NCBI GenBank assembly: GCA_965645245.1
Contig: OZ287078.1
Span: 1,364,001 to 1,428,000, forward strand
Direction of reading: 5' to 3'
DNA: 64,000 bases
From: Massalongia carnosa
Taxonomy: Eukaryota
Shown: positions 51,909 through 64,000 of the stretch, one piece after another
Layout: each line of letters begins with the position of its first letter
Numbering within the stretch: position 1 is the first letter of the stretch
Notes under the pieces: generated by a model
What the model saw: the letters and a program-made list of their open reading frames with translations, nothing else
Database searches by the model: none
Told to the model about the DNA's origin: nothing
Translations under genes and position numbers: made by a program

Positions 51909-54340
51909 TTACTCCGTCCAAGTAGCGAACTGGTGCAAACCAACCCTAGAACGTTCCCGCGCAGAGGTTTGGATCAGCGCACTCTCAGAAGGGCCTCTGT
52001 ATGCATCGTCTTCTGAACTGCCTTGTGGTTCTTCCGGCGCCTCGCTGCGAGAGGCTGTTACAGAAATCAGCCCTGGCACAGACGGAGGTCCTAACGTGTC
52101 AAATGTGAACACTCGGCGCTCCAGCTCGTGAGACAGAGCCAGAAACTATACCTATAGGGTTGTGTGGCGAATGACGCTGGCAGATCTTCAGCCCTCGCTC
52201 CAAGGTCTCAAGTTTCCGATCGAGTTGCTGGCGCAGCGCTTGCGACTCCGTGGACTCGGCCGCGATCTTGGAAATAAGGGCTGCCGGCATCTGCCCGATA
52301 TCCGAGGGCGAGAAAATTGACCACATGTCTCCAATTAGAAGGCTTTCGACGACCTGAACGGCAACGTTGTCTACGAATGTCTTCAACGCCACCTTGACAT
52401 GGATTTTAGCAACGGCATATTCAGTAGTTATGGAATAAGGATGTTTGATAAATCGCTAGCCTCACTTTGTAGTACGCTTGCATGCTGTCGAGTAGCTCTG
52501 AGCAGGCAAAGCCGTCCATGTCGCTCTCATAATGCGTCGAAAGTGACTTGGCTAAATGGGAGACGCTGAAGGATCTACTGTACGCTTCGATTGAGTCCGA
52601 AGAAGTGCCTAGGAAGCCTTTGATCCTGCTCTGAAGTTGCTTCATTTGACGTTCTTCTCGGACACCTTGCAATATATCAGTGTAATAATGATTGTACGTG
52701 ATAGGATGCCTTCCGTTGTCATTCAAAAGACGATCGAGCGCCAGGTTAGCGTTTGCAAACCGCTCAGTAGTTTTGGGATCAACCAAGTGGGTGAACAAAG
52801 CGACTAGAGTGTCGTCGTCCATAATTGTGTGAAGAAGCCTCTCAAGGAACGCTTTGGATGCGAGCCAAATCCCCTTCACGTGCTCGCGGGTGATCCTTTC
52901 CCAATACATTGACTGATCACGGAAGAATTCCCCAACTAATAGTGGGTTGAAAGAGCCTGGTAATTCACGCCCCCTACTCCTCACGAGGAGCTTGCGTACC
53001 CACTCGAGTGCCTCTTTTCGGCTCATTAAAATGGGCTCAATATTCCCGGAGGGCGTTTTAGTTAAATTACCAGCGGGTGCTTCGCCATCAACAATGATAC
53101 GATGGTGGCCTTTCTTGCGCATGTGCTCCGAAAAGGCCAGATTTAGATTCTGTACCACAGCCCGCAATCGCTTGCAGTATTCGTCATCCGAGGAAGGATC
53201 ACCGAAAAACTTGTGCTCGTAGGCACCATCAATTGCAGCCTTGCAGAGTGTCTGAAACAATTGACTTAATTTGAGCAAAAACTGGCGCTGTTTCTCCAGG
53301 GTGTCACGACTGTCCCCGAGCTTGAGCAATCTCTTCCTGCATTCTGTGATGTTAGATTGTATGTCATCCATCAAACTGGGAAGATATCTTTTGATTTGAT
53401 CCAAGAGAATCTTGCTTAAACGCCGACGTAGCGAGTCTACACCGACCATATCACGCGGCAGATGCATCCAAACGCCCTCCGAGAAGAAGCGCTCTTCTGA
53501 CCGATCTCGCTCTTCGGTTGACGAATGACGCGAATCATAATCTCGATTTTTCACAATGTGCCAGCCAAGACGAAAAATGATGTTATCATTGCTCGCGAGA
53601 TTGATAAACTCAATTTCGCTGTCTGAACCGTGAGGAAGGGTGTCTGGCTTCGTTATGAGCCCGAGGGTCCGCAGCCCTTCAGGGTCAACCTCCCTAGCTC
53701 GCTTTAGGATGATTTGATTGGCATAATCGTTTTTTGCAGAGACGACAGCAAGAATAACGCTTCTTGGATTCTTCATATACGAATTGACCAGGTCGGAGAT
53801 GAGTTCGACATCTTCAGTAGATTGTTGTTTGCTATCGGAGTGAATCAGCCCGGGCAAGTCAACAACAGTAAGCTTTGGCATGGTGGGCCCAGAGATCTCT
53901 ACGCGGAGGATATTCTTCGAAAAGGCTCTCCCGGTCGCCGAAGTACCCATTTCCGATTTTGCTCGTTCGACAAGGTCGGGAAACACGTCCAGTCCTTGCA
54001 GTGACTCTTTGAATGCAAGCAACCTTGCACGGTCAGAACTCGAGGCATCCTGGCTAGGTAGAATGGAGACTGCTGCCCCAGTTGTATGTGCTTGTCGAAG
54101 GATAACCTCAGTGGCAAAACGGGTGCAAAGTGTGTCGTTGCGTGGGAACGGAACACCTGAGATGGCCTCAAGCACCGAGCTCTTACCACTCGACTGGTCC
54201 CCACAAACAACGATCTGAGGCAGGAAGATAAACTCGCTTATTCCTTGCAGCCGAAGGCTGTCGATCTCGTCTAATAGGTTTTGTTGCTCCGAGGAGCGTA
54301 ACTCATTTAGAGCGGACGTGTTCAGATTGTCGGTTGCCAT
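51909..54340 (-). CDS. Dynamin-superfamily GTPase, Mx-like fungal type, 3 exons
   Basis: LPQIVVCGDQSSGKSSVLEAISG (G1), LCTRFATE (G2), DLPG (G3), TKPD (G4), SRGRELPG stalk, YYK|VALKTFVDNV GED. Introns ~52465-52393 and ~52151-52092. Confidence 0.9.
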
Positions 54341-55280
54341 GACTTTTCGAATAATCAATCGCAGTTGTGTGGATGCAGTTTGGGTAGGAAGAGAGAACAA
54401 TGTTAACGTGGCTAGCATTGACCAATTTTGAAACTGAGAGGAGTCGTAGGAAAATGGGGGGACTCTGTTGTAGCTAACGACCACGCAATGAAGTAAGTAC
54501 TCCGTATCCGTAGACGTGGTCTAATCTATAGCATCATCCTCCTGTATGAGAGGCAGGGGCGAAGCACTATACCTGATCTTATCAGAGAACATAGGGGCGT
54601 CTGCCTTTATGGACAGCTGTTTGCCTTTCCCGTTCGGAAGCTCGCAGAAGTGCTGTACCTCCTGTAGCAATGAGCGATTTTTGCAGCGGGCGCCAACATT
54701 GTAACATTTCTGAAGCTGCCACATACGAAGATCGGAAGATCGCAGCTGCACAGGCTGGGCGTATGCTCTTAGATGGGACCAATCGGTTTTGGACGAGGAA
54801 GGTCTTGCATTAGAATGTGGGTGGCGGTGTGATTAGTCCCTGCTTGTGTAGCCAGAAATACATAAGACATATAATGATTGGAGACCTTTCAGGTCTTGGC
54901 GGCTTGCAACTCTTTGGAAGGGGGGGTTTGAGCATGTTTTCGATGATCGTCGTCGTAGCATAGGAATAAAAATTTCTCACCCCTTTGGGGTTGAGATGCT
55001 GGAGTTCGGCGAGGACTTATAAGGCTTTTGGTTTCAGTTTGGCCTTGGTTTTTGAATCGAGAAGAGGGGAGAAAAGGGGGGAAAAGGGAAAAGGGAAGGA
55101 AGTAAAAGAAGAGGGAGAGGTTATTGCAAGATCCCCCCCCAAAGGGCAAAACAAAGGTCAATCGATCAATCGATCATTGACGTAGTCCAGCATCGACCTC
55201 TTCATCCCACATGGTCCCCACGCCGGGGGGTTTCTTTCGCGTCATGCATAATAGCAAATACAAAGCTTGTGTGCCCGCAT

Positions 55281-57199
55281 TTACATCAAACAAACGCTGT
55301 CCACGGCGCCGAATCCGGCAGCCACGCCACCTTCTTCGCTCTCTCGCCCTTTGGTGCGGAGGAGGTAGCCCGCTTCTCGGTTGTCAAGGATCTTTACCTT
55401 CGTGGTAGTACCGCCATCCCCGCCCGCATTCGCGCTCCTACGCCCACACCCACCCCTCCAAAGACACGTTCCAAAAACACCTAGCTCCCCTATCACTTCC
55501 CCGCCCCTCATTTTGCCGTTCCTCAGTATGAAATTCTGCCTTGCGGGAGGCTCGATCAGCTCCATGAGGATGTGCGCGCGCCATTTCCTCTTGTCGTCTC
55601 CGAGCGATTTGAGAAAGGGTGGAATCTTGATGCCGTATATGTTGTTGCCACCACCTTCACGCTGGGGTTTGAGCACATGGGAGGCGGCGAATGTAGGGTT
55701 GGTGGCGATGCCGATGGCGCGTTGTCCAAGGGGGGAGTTGTCGAGCGGGTAGATGGCTGCGAATGTTTTAAGGATGCGGGGGACGTAAAGGGAAGACGGG
55801 GAGGAGCGGGGGAGGAAGCGCTCTAGAGGTGATGGGTTTATCGCGGAGGGAGGAGCGGCGAGAATTTGCTGGATTTTCTTGGAGCCCGCAAGGTGCGTGA
55901 GGATGGAGGGGCACTTGATTGCTGCGGAGCGTTCTAGATGTAGGCGAGAGGGCCAGGCAGTTGGATGGGCGTATTCAGTGGGGTTGTAGCCAGCACGAAA
56001 GTAGAGGAGAGAGACTTCGTAAGGGGTGTTTGGTGAGTGGGGAGGCGTAAAGATGAGGGATCTTGTGGGTACGGGGTCTATGGCGGTGTGGTTGAGAATG
56101 GAGGGGAAAGGGAGGTAAAAGGTGGTGATTTTATGGACGGCGAAGAGGGTCATGGAGAGAGCGAGTTGGTCGAAAATATTGGTTTCCTGCGGTTGAACGA
56201 TGAAGAGAACGCAGAGGGGGAGTGGAGGGTTGGATTTTGAAAGCCCATAGGTTTTGTGCGCGGTTGCTAGACCTTGGGCTAAGGAGGGAATAGTAGGGTT
56301 TGGGGGGAGGGAGGACGACGATATGAGGGGGGTTGGGTAGGCGTTTATGGAGTTGAGATAGCTAAGGGGATTAGTTTGTCATAGAAATTGAAGAAACAGG
56401 ACTGGTGTGTTGATGGCGTACCTGTGAAGTGAGGAGACCTTGGAGGCGAGCCCACCGAAGGAGGACGCAATGGTGTTGAACTCAACTTGTTTGATCTCGA
56501 AGGGGGCGCAGGGATCAGAGGGATCTTGGTGGACCATGTAATCAGAGCGGAACAGGCCGAAGGAGATATCCTTTTAAAGTCAGCGTGGCGGATGACTGTT
56601 GGTTGAGCTGAGAGCATTTGCAGTACCTGGACGTAACCTTCTTTCTTCACTGTACAGTGGATTCCCCAGAGCTTCTTGATGAAATCATCCACTTCGATTA
56701 GACTGTTGGTAAAAGGTTATTACCAGCCATAGCAAGCTTTCGTACAGGAAGGTATAAGAAATGGAAGTAGGGTCAATAACGATTTCTGCAACCATATGCT
56801 ACATACAAGTACAAAGCTAGCGAAGATGAAAATCAGAAGAGGCAGTACTAGGGTCGCAAAGTTAGACTGGGAGCATTCTTACTCTTCCACAACCTCCTTC
56901 AGCCATTCCTCGTCACTGGCGATGGAGGCATACAGCTCATTCGAAGCCACCTGGATCGCTCTGGCCTCGTCAAAACATGAGCGAGGAAACAGACTAGGGA
57001 ACAGCGTGACAGGCGCAGCTACTGCAAGGGAGCCTGAGGGATCCACATTGCTGGGTACAAACGCTGGTGAAGGCCGAACCGCAAGGCCGTTCAGGATCGA
57101 CCAATCCTTGATATTTGAGAGAAGATATTCCATCTCTTCAGAAGATAATTCTGGCGGGTATTTCATCTCAAATGAAGCCTCCATTAAACACGCCGTCAT
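55281..57199 (-). CDS. GSH2: Glutathione synthetase (eukaryotic type), 4 exons
   Basis: APVTLFPS.FPR, GLFRSDYMVH, KQVEFNTIASSFGG, YFRAGY, AIKCPS..HLAGSKKIQQ, VLKPQREGGGNN, ELGVFG, GYLLRTK..EGGVAAGFG. Confidence 0.95.
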
Positions 57200-57350
57200 G
57201 AACAGGAAAGGGGGCCTTAGAGAGATGGGTGAAGCTCAGAATGGGGAATGGATTGGGCGGGGGTATCGCAAAGATGATCTGATAGGAAAAAAAGACCGTA
57301 TTAAGCCTTTCAGAGGACCGGGTGGTCCAATCTTTTCCTTTGAGTCCTAG

Positions 57351-57727
57351 ACGTCAATGAATGCTTTCCCAACGTTTCTAAATACATTTTTTAGAAGTTA
57401 AGGATGAGAATCACCGTGATGTCGCGTATATAGACGAGCTTATATTACTAAGCGATTTGGTTGAGCGTGACGTCCGTTTCGCGCCTGTTTCACGTGCGTC
57501 ACGTCTAATGAAGTGAACCAATGAATGACGTTGCCTAATCTCGTCGTTCCCAGACATCGATAGGTATCTTTTCATCTCGTCCTCTTTCATAATCACCTAT
57601 ATTCATCCTTCGAGTGACTTTGTTAAATATCTCTTCATCACTACCTTGATATTATGTTTTATCGACATCTCGTCCTTCTTGTAGCCTAAACTGCCGTGAA
57701 CTGAGGTCGGTTTTTCTATTCACGTGA
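57351..57727. promoter_or_regulatory. Divergent GSH2/SNF2 promoter with Yap1-type, E-box and CRE-like motifs
   Basis: TTACTAA 57445-57451; TCACGTG 57490 and 57720; TGACGT/ACGTCA at 57351, 57468, 57526. Confidence 0.45.
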
Positions 57728-57905
57728 CAGCGATATCAGCCATAATTATTTTTCCTGATTTAAGCCTCGAGCGTTCAGTGATTGTCATGAGGTGGAGTCC
57801 AGCGTGCAATCGCCTTCTTTTGCAAGAAATCGTGCCTCTGAATGCCCTCCACATCGGCATTTGAATGGACCTTAGCACTTGCTTCAAGAGATATTTTGCA
57901 AAAAA

Positions 57906-60900
57906 ATGGCCTTCATACAACAACCGACCGAGGCTGCCTCACCGATAATGGATGACCCATGGAACTGGGGAGTTGACAAAGTGGTGGCCATATTATGTGA
58001 CCCCAGCGGGCCTCTGCGGAGAGGAATGGATCCGCTGTCAATTCCAGAAGCGGGTTTCCTCGAGAAAGCCCTTCGAGAAAGCGCCGTGAATGGTGTCACA
58101 TTGCTGACTGAACTACACCATCTTTCGTTACGTGATGAGCTGGGAGTGAAGCCACTAGGTCATCGGACAACCCTTGTGCATATGATAATGTATTTACGCC
58201 GCAAATCACCGAGATATGTCCATTACCTCCAGATACAAAATGAAAACTCTTATCCGCCAAGCCAGGGAGCTCCTTCAAACATCAGTCAAAGTCCCAGGCA
58301 TGCTACCCCGCTCATCGGGTCGCCATTCCAGCCAATCCCGCGCGAGCAGTCCGTACCAGGGGATAATTTGCAACCATCATACATATTTTCACCAAGTTAT
58401 GGGCAACAACTCGCAAGTATACCCTCAACCCAGACCTACCACTCAGCGTCTTACCAGCAGTCTCCCACATATGAATCACGGAGAGTAATCCAGGGGCGAG
58501 AATTGGCGCCACCTGCACGTCAAGCTCCCGAATCACAGGCTTTTAGAGAAAGCCGAAGACTCCCTGTAGAGGATAGTGTGAACGCGAACAAAGGCTCACA
58601 GGATCTCATACAAGGCAAAAGACTTGATACAGAGGATGGGTTCCATGGGAACAAGAATACTAATTTGTCTCTGGTAGGTAAGAGGGTTCGTAGCCCCGAT
58701 GCATTTAAATTGACCTCTCGTCAAGTAATCGTGGCAGATCAAGCAATACCAGATAGCCGACAGACTAATGGCGACACCAATCGTCAGGGTGAAATATATT
58801 TCACTGATGAGAATGGGCGCAAACGGAGGCGATTAGTTTTGTCTGCAATAGAGACTAACAGGGGGTCTGAAGAAGAGCACTCCCGCTCCACGGAAAGACT
58901 CTTTTTCTCAATATCTTCTGGAGAAGAGAAAAGTACTAATACAGATGTTGATAATGGACGAGGTACTCACGTCGCGCTTGATCTATTTGAGGGTGTTAAC
59001 GAGTCGACCCCCTTGACAGTCCACGAGCAAGTTGAACCTATCGAGGGCACACTAAACGCTTCTACAACTATTGAAAAAACTCCGGAAGCCGGAACTGTCG
59101 TCATTGATAGTCAAGGGCGTAAGCGTATGCGGCCAATTTTGGTAAGCCAAGGAGAGCACGCACAGGCCGAGACCGCTAGCCAGACGCTGCTTGTCGACAA
59201 ACCCGAAAATATGAGCGCTCAGATACTTACGCAGTCTCCAACATTCCAGATCTTAGAGTTAAGCCCCAGGCAGAGAAAGAATATACGGAAGCCTTATCAA
59301 ATGTACCTTGGAGTTCAGTCATTACCTGTCGATCAACTGTTTTATGGCAATACCAAATTCGGAGACGAAGTTGATATTGACGACAACTGGCAGGCGGAGG
59401 ATCCAGGAAATTTTGTGATTCATGGTTGTCATTATGGTAACGGTCAGCGCTGTTACGTCAACACGAGGATGCGACATTTTCTTTCTCCGAAGAGAACTCG
59501 GACGGTGGAACGTGAAGGACAGCAGATGCTTATACTTGTTCCATATCCAGATATCTATTGCAAAAAGAACCGCCAGCTATCGGTGACCGTATTTCAAAAA
59601 TCGATGGAAAGAATCATTGCTTTAAGAATGGAGCGTTCGACATGGCTCGCTCCAGCTGTTCCAAATAAGGGAGAGCAAGTTTTTATGGAAAACGATACTG
59701 CTATGGCTAACATAGCATCAATTCAGTCCGTAGGTGAGGACATGGACTGGGACTTCTTAGAAAAATGGAAATATCAAGACGGCGGAGCACAAGTCCTGCC
59801 TGTCTACGGCGAATCAGGCTCTGAAGGTCAGTATGACCTTGATACGTGGCGGGAGATGGAGGAGGAAAGGGGGCGAATCCCGAGGCCGCTGGGGCAGTCA
59901 AAGAACAAGAGGATAGATGGCAAAGAAACTCAGCAAGCCATCGAAAAAGCCGTAGAGCAGATGACGGAACGCTGGGTACTCTTTCAAAAGCCCAAGCTGC
60001 AACTAAAGGCGTGGCTAATCTGGAAAAATTATAAAAGACAGCGCATCGTTCCTGATTCAATTGAATCGTGGACACATAAGGTTCAACATCTTGAAGCTCG
60101 GCTGTGCAGCATAAGGAATGAAATCTTGCGCGAGGAATGGTCGTCAGTGGTGCAAGTGCTAAAGCAATGCAAAAGCATGGAACGATCGATATTCGACCAA
60201 GAAACTTATAAATGGAAGATATCTTTAGTCAAACTCCAAATCGCCCCTGAGAGGCCGCCGCTGACTCCGAGAAAGCAAAAAAGTGCAAAGCCTAAGGCTT
60301 TACAAGTGCTGTTGGAAGATGGCGGGGAGGATGTTGTAAGCAACATCAGCGAGTCGGGAGGCTCAGACGACGACCTGGACAGTTTTATTGATGATAATGA
60401 CATCGATGAAACATCTTTTATTAGTGGTGAAGAGGATTTAAACCGTCCAATATTGGATTCGGAGCCTGAAAGATTCTCCAGTATGCAAATCTCAGATCCT
60501 GACAACGCAATGGTCGAAAATGAAGATATCAAATTAGAAGAACTTCAAGCTGAAGGTATTAAAGCAGCGCTGGAATCACAATTATCAGCTAGAAGTAAGA
60601 AGGACGCTCGCTTTTATTCTAAAATCAAACCGGCAAAGGACATTGAAATCATTGATCTAACACAGCACTCCGAGTCCAGTGAGGCGGAGAATGATCCTCC
60701 ATTCCCAGGATCGCCCGTTCCAACTCAAACACCGCCTTTTTATCCTGCTAATGAGGAAAGCCCTATCGAAGACAAGCGTATGAAACGTGCATTGTTCAAG
60801 CGCCCTCCCATGACTTCTAGTATAATTGAAATTTCCAGTGATTCTGCTGAGTATTCAACGGTCAAAGAAGATGTTTCCACATCTCCTCAGTCGAGTCTTC

Positions 60901-63900
60901 CTGAATTCGGAGAAGTCAAAAAGATTGCAGAACTTAGTGTAGATTTGCTGGTGGAGCGGAGAGATCGTAAGCGTTTGCTCATATGGCTCATAGCAAGGAC
61001 TTCGCCAGAGACACGTGACAGAGTCATATCAACCATAAGCACAACTACAATGCCTGTCTCAAAAACAAAAGTTTGGCTAGGTCTCAAAGCTATGTCTAAA
61101 GACACCACGGTGATTCCTGGCATAACTGAAGATGATTCCGCCCCATGGATGGTACTAGCTGCATGGTATATTGCTTGGACCATACCAGTGAAATCAGAAT
61201 ACGAGCAGGGTATATTAATCGACCATTTGAAAACTACTCGAAAAGATCACATAGGCTTTTTGCCCTTCTATCAGTTTCTGCTTAAATGTATGCTCTACTA
61301 TAATAGCGATGAGCACACTCGTGCTGCCACACGAAACTCTAAGGCTTATAAGTCAAAAAAGCCCAAACGACAGGAGCTTCGAGAAGCTTCCGATGACACC
61401 TTGGAGAGGACTCCGCATAAAAAACGAAAATACGCGGTACCGGAAAGCCAGGAAACCATTACGCTTCGTCAAAATGCTCAACAACGGGTTCGCGATAGGG
61501 ACAGCCGACAAAAGACACTCAAGCGGCGTCTTAAGGAAGTGGGATTCAACGATGATGACTCGTCCATGGTGATGGTCAACCCTGGAAAGCTTGACGATCA
61601 GGCTTTCATTTATATTAATCCGCTAATTGGTCGCCGAATGCAACCTCATCAAAAGGAAGGGGTTCAGTTCATGTGGCGGGAAATCATAACCGACCACCAA
61701 GGATGCTTGCTTGCTCAAACAATGGGGCTTGGAAAAACCATGCAGGTTATCACGCTCCTAGTGACTATTGCAGAGGCAGCCCGGTCTTTGGATGAGAATA
61801 TTCGAAATCAAGTACCATTAGATCTACATCAGTCCAGGACCCTCATACTTTGCCCGCCAGCCTTGATTGAAAATTGGTGGGAAGAGTTTCTGATGTGGAC
61901 ACCTTCACCCTTGAACCTGAATATTGGGGAGCTACGGAAGGTCACTGCGGCGATCAAACTTGAGGAACGGCTTTACGAAATTGAAAAGTGGAGCGATGAC
62001 GGTGGTGTTCTGTTGATTGGATTCACTACATTCAGGGACTTGGTAAACAACAACGCAAAGAAGACCGGATTGAAGCCTCTGAGTAACAAGCAGCATGAGA
62101 TGGTTGAAAATGCTCTGCTTAATCGGCCAAACATTATTGTCGCCGATGAAGCGCATAACGCCAAAACCGCCTCCTCCGCAATTAATAAAGCTATCAACCG
62201 CCTCAAATCTATGAACCGCATCGCTCTAACAGGTTCTCCTTTATCGAATAATCTAGATGAATACTATTCTTTGATCGACTGGATCGCTCCTAATTTTCTG
62301 GGTTCACAGGTTGAGTTTAAGGCAAATTACTCTGAACGAATTCAAGAGGGGTTGTACCAGGACAGCACGACATCCCAATACCGCGAAAGCTTGAAGTGGT
62401 TGGAAGTCTTGAAAACAGAGCTGCAGCCAAAAGTTCATCGTGCTGATATCACTGTGTTGCGGGGGAGGTTGAAAGAGAAGCAGGAATTTGTCATAAGAGT
62501 TCCCCTCACCGATTTGCAAGAGCAGACCTACAAGATATTTGTTGAAACCATGATGGTTGCAAACTCCGCAAATAAGATAGGATTTGCCAAGTTGTGGGCT
62601 TGGCTGAATACCCTTCGGCTTCTTTGTAACCATCCTAGATGCTTCCAAGACAAGCTTCTGAAAAAGGATCATGGAGGAGAAGAAGAGGGGCGAACGAAGA
62701 AAAGCAACGATGACAACGATGCGCTAGCTGAGGCTCTAGCTGAGGCACCAGTCTCGGAGATAGGAATCTCCCAGAGTATGGCTGAGAGACAATTAGCACC
62801 ATTTAGCGGTCTGACAGAGCCTCGTGACTCGATATCACTTTCCAACAAGATTCTGGTTCTGATGGAGATTGTACAGTTCTCAAGAGAAATTCGGGATAAA
62901 CTCCTTATCTTCTCACATACTCTCGATACGCTTAATTACGTCGAAGAGCAGATGAAAAAGGCTCATGTAAGATACTCACGGATTGACGGGATGGTTCAGC
63001 CGACCGACCGTCAACAGATCACTAAGGAATTCAACAGCAGCAACGTAGAGGTTTGCTTGATATCCACGCGTGCAGGTGGCCAAGGGCTGAATCTTTTTGG
63101 AGCGAATCGCGTTGTAATCTTAGATGATCACTTCAATCCAATGTGGGAGGAACAGGCCGTTGGCAGGGCATATCGTATTGGGCAAACGAAATCTGTCTTC
63201 GTCTACTACCTGATGGTTGCAGGGACGTTTGAGGAAACGATCCATAATCAGTCCGTGTTTAAGCAACAGCTCGCACGTAGGGTTGTCGACAAGAAGAATC
63301 CGGCTCGTCGTGCTGTGAAGAAAGCTGGGGAGTTTTTATTTATCCCTAAGACAGTGAGGCAGAAGGATTTGCAGGCGTTCTATGGAAAAGATCCTCTGGT
63401 TCTCGATAGAATCCTAGATATGCACAAGGAGTACGTATGCCCTAACTTGCCAGAACGACAGTAACCAATATTCGTAGACATCCCATCATCCGATCCATGG
63501 ATTTTACCGAAACCTTTCATCAAGAGGATACCATGCCGCTTACCGCGGATGAGAGAAGGGAGGCGGAGCAGCTACAAAAAGATGAACAGCTTCGTCGGTG
63601 CGATCCAGTCGCCTACGCCATCATGATCAATAAGCGGCGAGATGATCAGGTGAAGTCAATCAATGCAGCAATCTCGTCAGGGCAAGGCTTTCCTCCCATT
63701 GATCCCAACGAGCTCAATCAGGGGGCCTTGCTATCCACGCTTGGAGCAAGTACAACAACTCTCTCTGTGGCAAGTTTTTCCACGGTACCCAATGAGCCAA
63801 ATCAGGCAGATCTGCAGCCAATTCTCGGCGCAAGTACCACTGTGCTCTCTCGTGACTCCGCATCCCCAGAAAGGCAGGATGATCCTAGATCCTTAAGATT

Positions 63901-64000
63901 CGAACGCGAGCGGGCGACCAGGAATACTGCGGATTCTTTAGCGACCTCGGCGCTACAGCAGGCACTGTTATCGCCCGATGGTCCAAATGCTGCGAATCAG
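57906..64000 (+). CDS. SNF2-family ATPase, ATRX/Rad54-like (probable SAD-6-type), 3'-partial
   Basis: N-terminal SAM-like segment (DPWNWGVDKVV..LRDELGVKPLGHR); HQKEGVQFMW, AQTMGLGKT, DEAH, LTGSPL, STRAGGQGLNL, QAVGRAYRIGQ. Intron ~63431-63477, then the frame stays open to the window end. Confidence 0.9.

Noticed and set aside
52099..52160. Apparent frameshift or early stop at the dynamin C-terminus
   Set aside because: Explained by a ~60-nt GT-AG intron (GTATAG..TTGAC..TTAG) joining the frame that ends at 51909; not a pseudogene.

Overview
Eukaryotic fungal genomic DNA (filamentous ascomycete, Pezizomycotina-type: short GT-AG introns with CTAAC/CTGAC branch sites; a lichen-forming lineage is possible but cannot be shown from this window). 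About 20 protein genes: class I SAM methyltransferase (5'-partial), SPO12, a secreted Cys-rich protein, peroxisomal acyl-CoA dehydrogenase, divergent LSG1/LTV1, adenosine kinase, Est1/Ebs1/SMG-like protein, C2H2 protein, KSP1-like kinase, VPS18, STE11, mitochondrial uL5 (MRPL7), a conserved membrane protein, STE3, a GT32 glycosyltransferase, ERF4, an Mx-like dynamin, GSH2 and a 3'-partial ATRX/SAD-6-like SNF2 ATPase. Non-coding highlights: a 330-bp TA-flanked MITE-like element with RIP-like mismatched terminal inverted repeats, three CTATTG sites spaced exactly 30 bp apart upstream of STE3, a strongly over-represented intergenic TACTCCGTA motif family, and recurrent C-rich to G-rich low-complexity islands beside GC-enriched gene 3' ends. 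No tRNA, rRNA or CRISPR was found. Gene spans include introns; splice sites were read by eye and no database searches were run.
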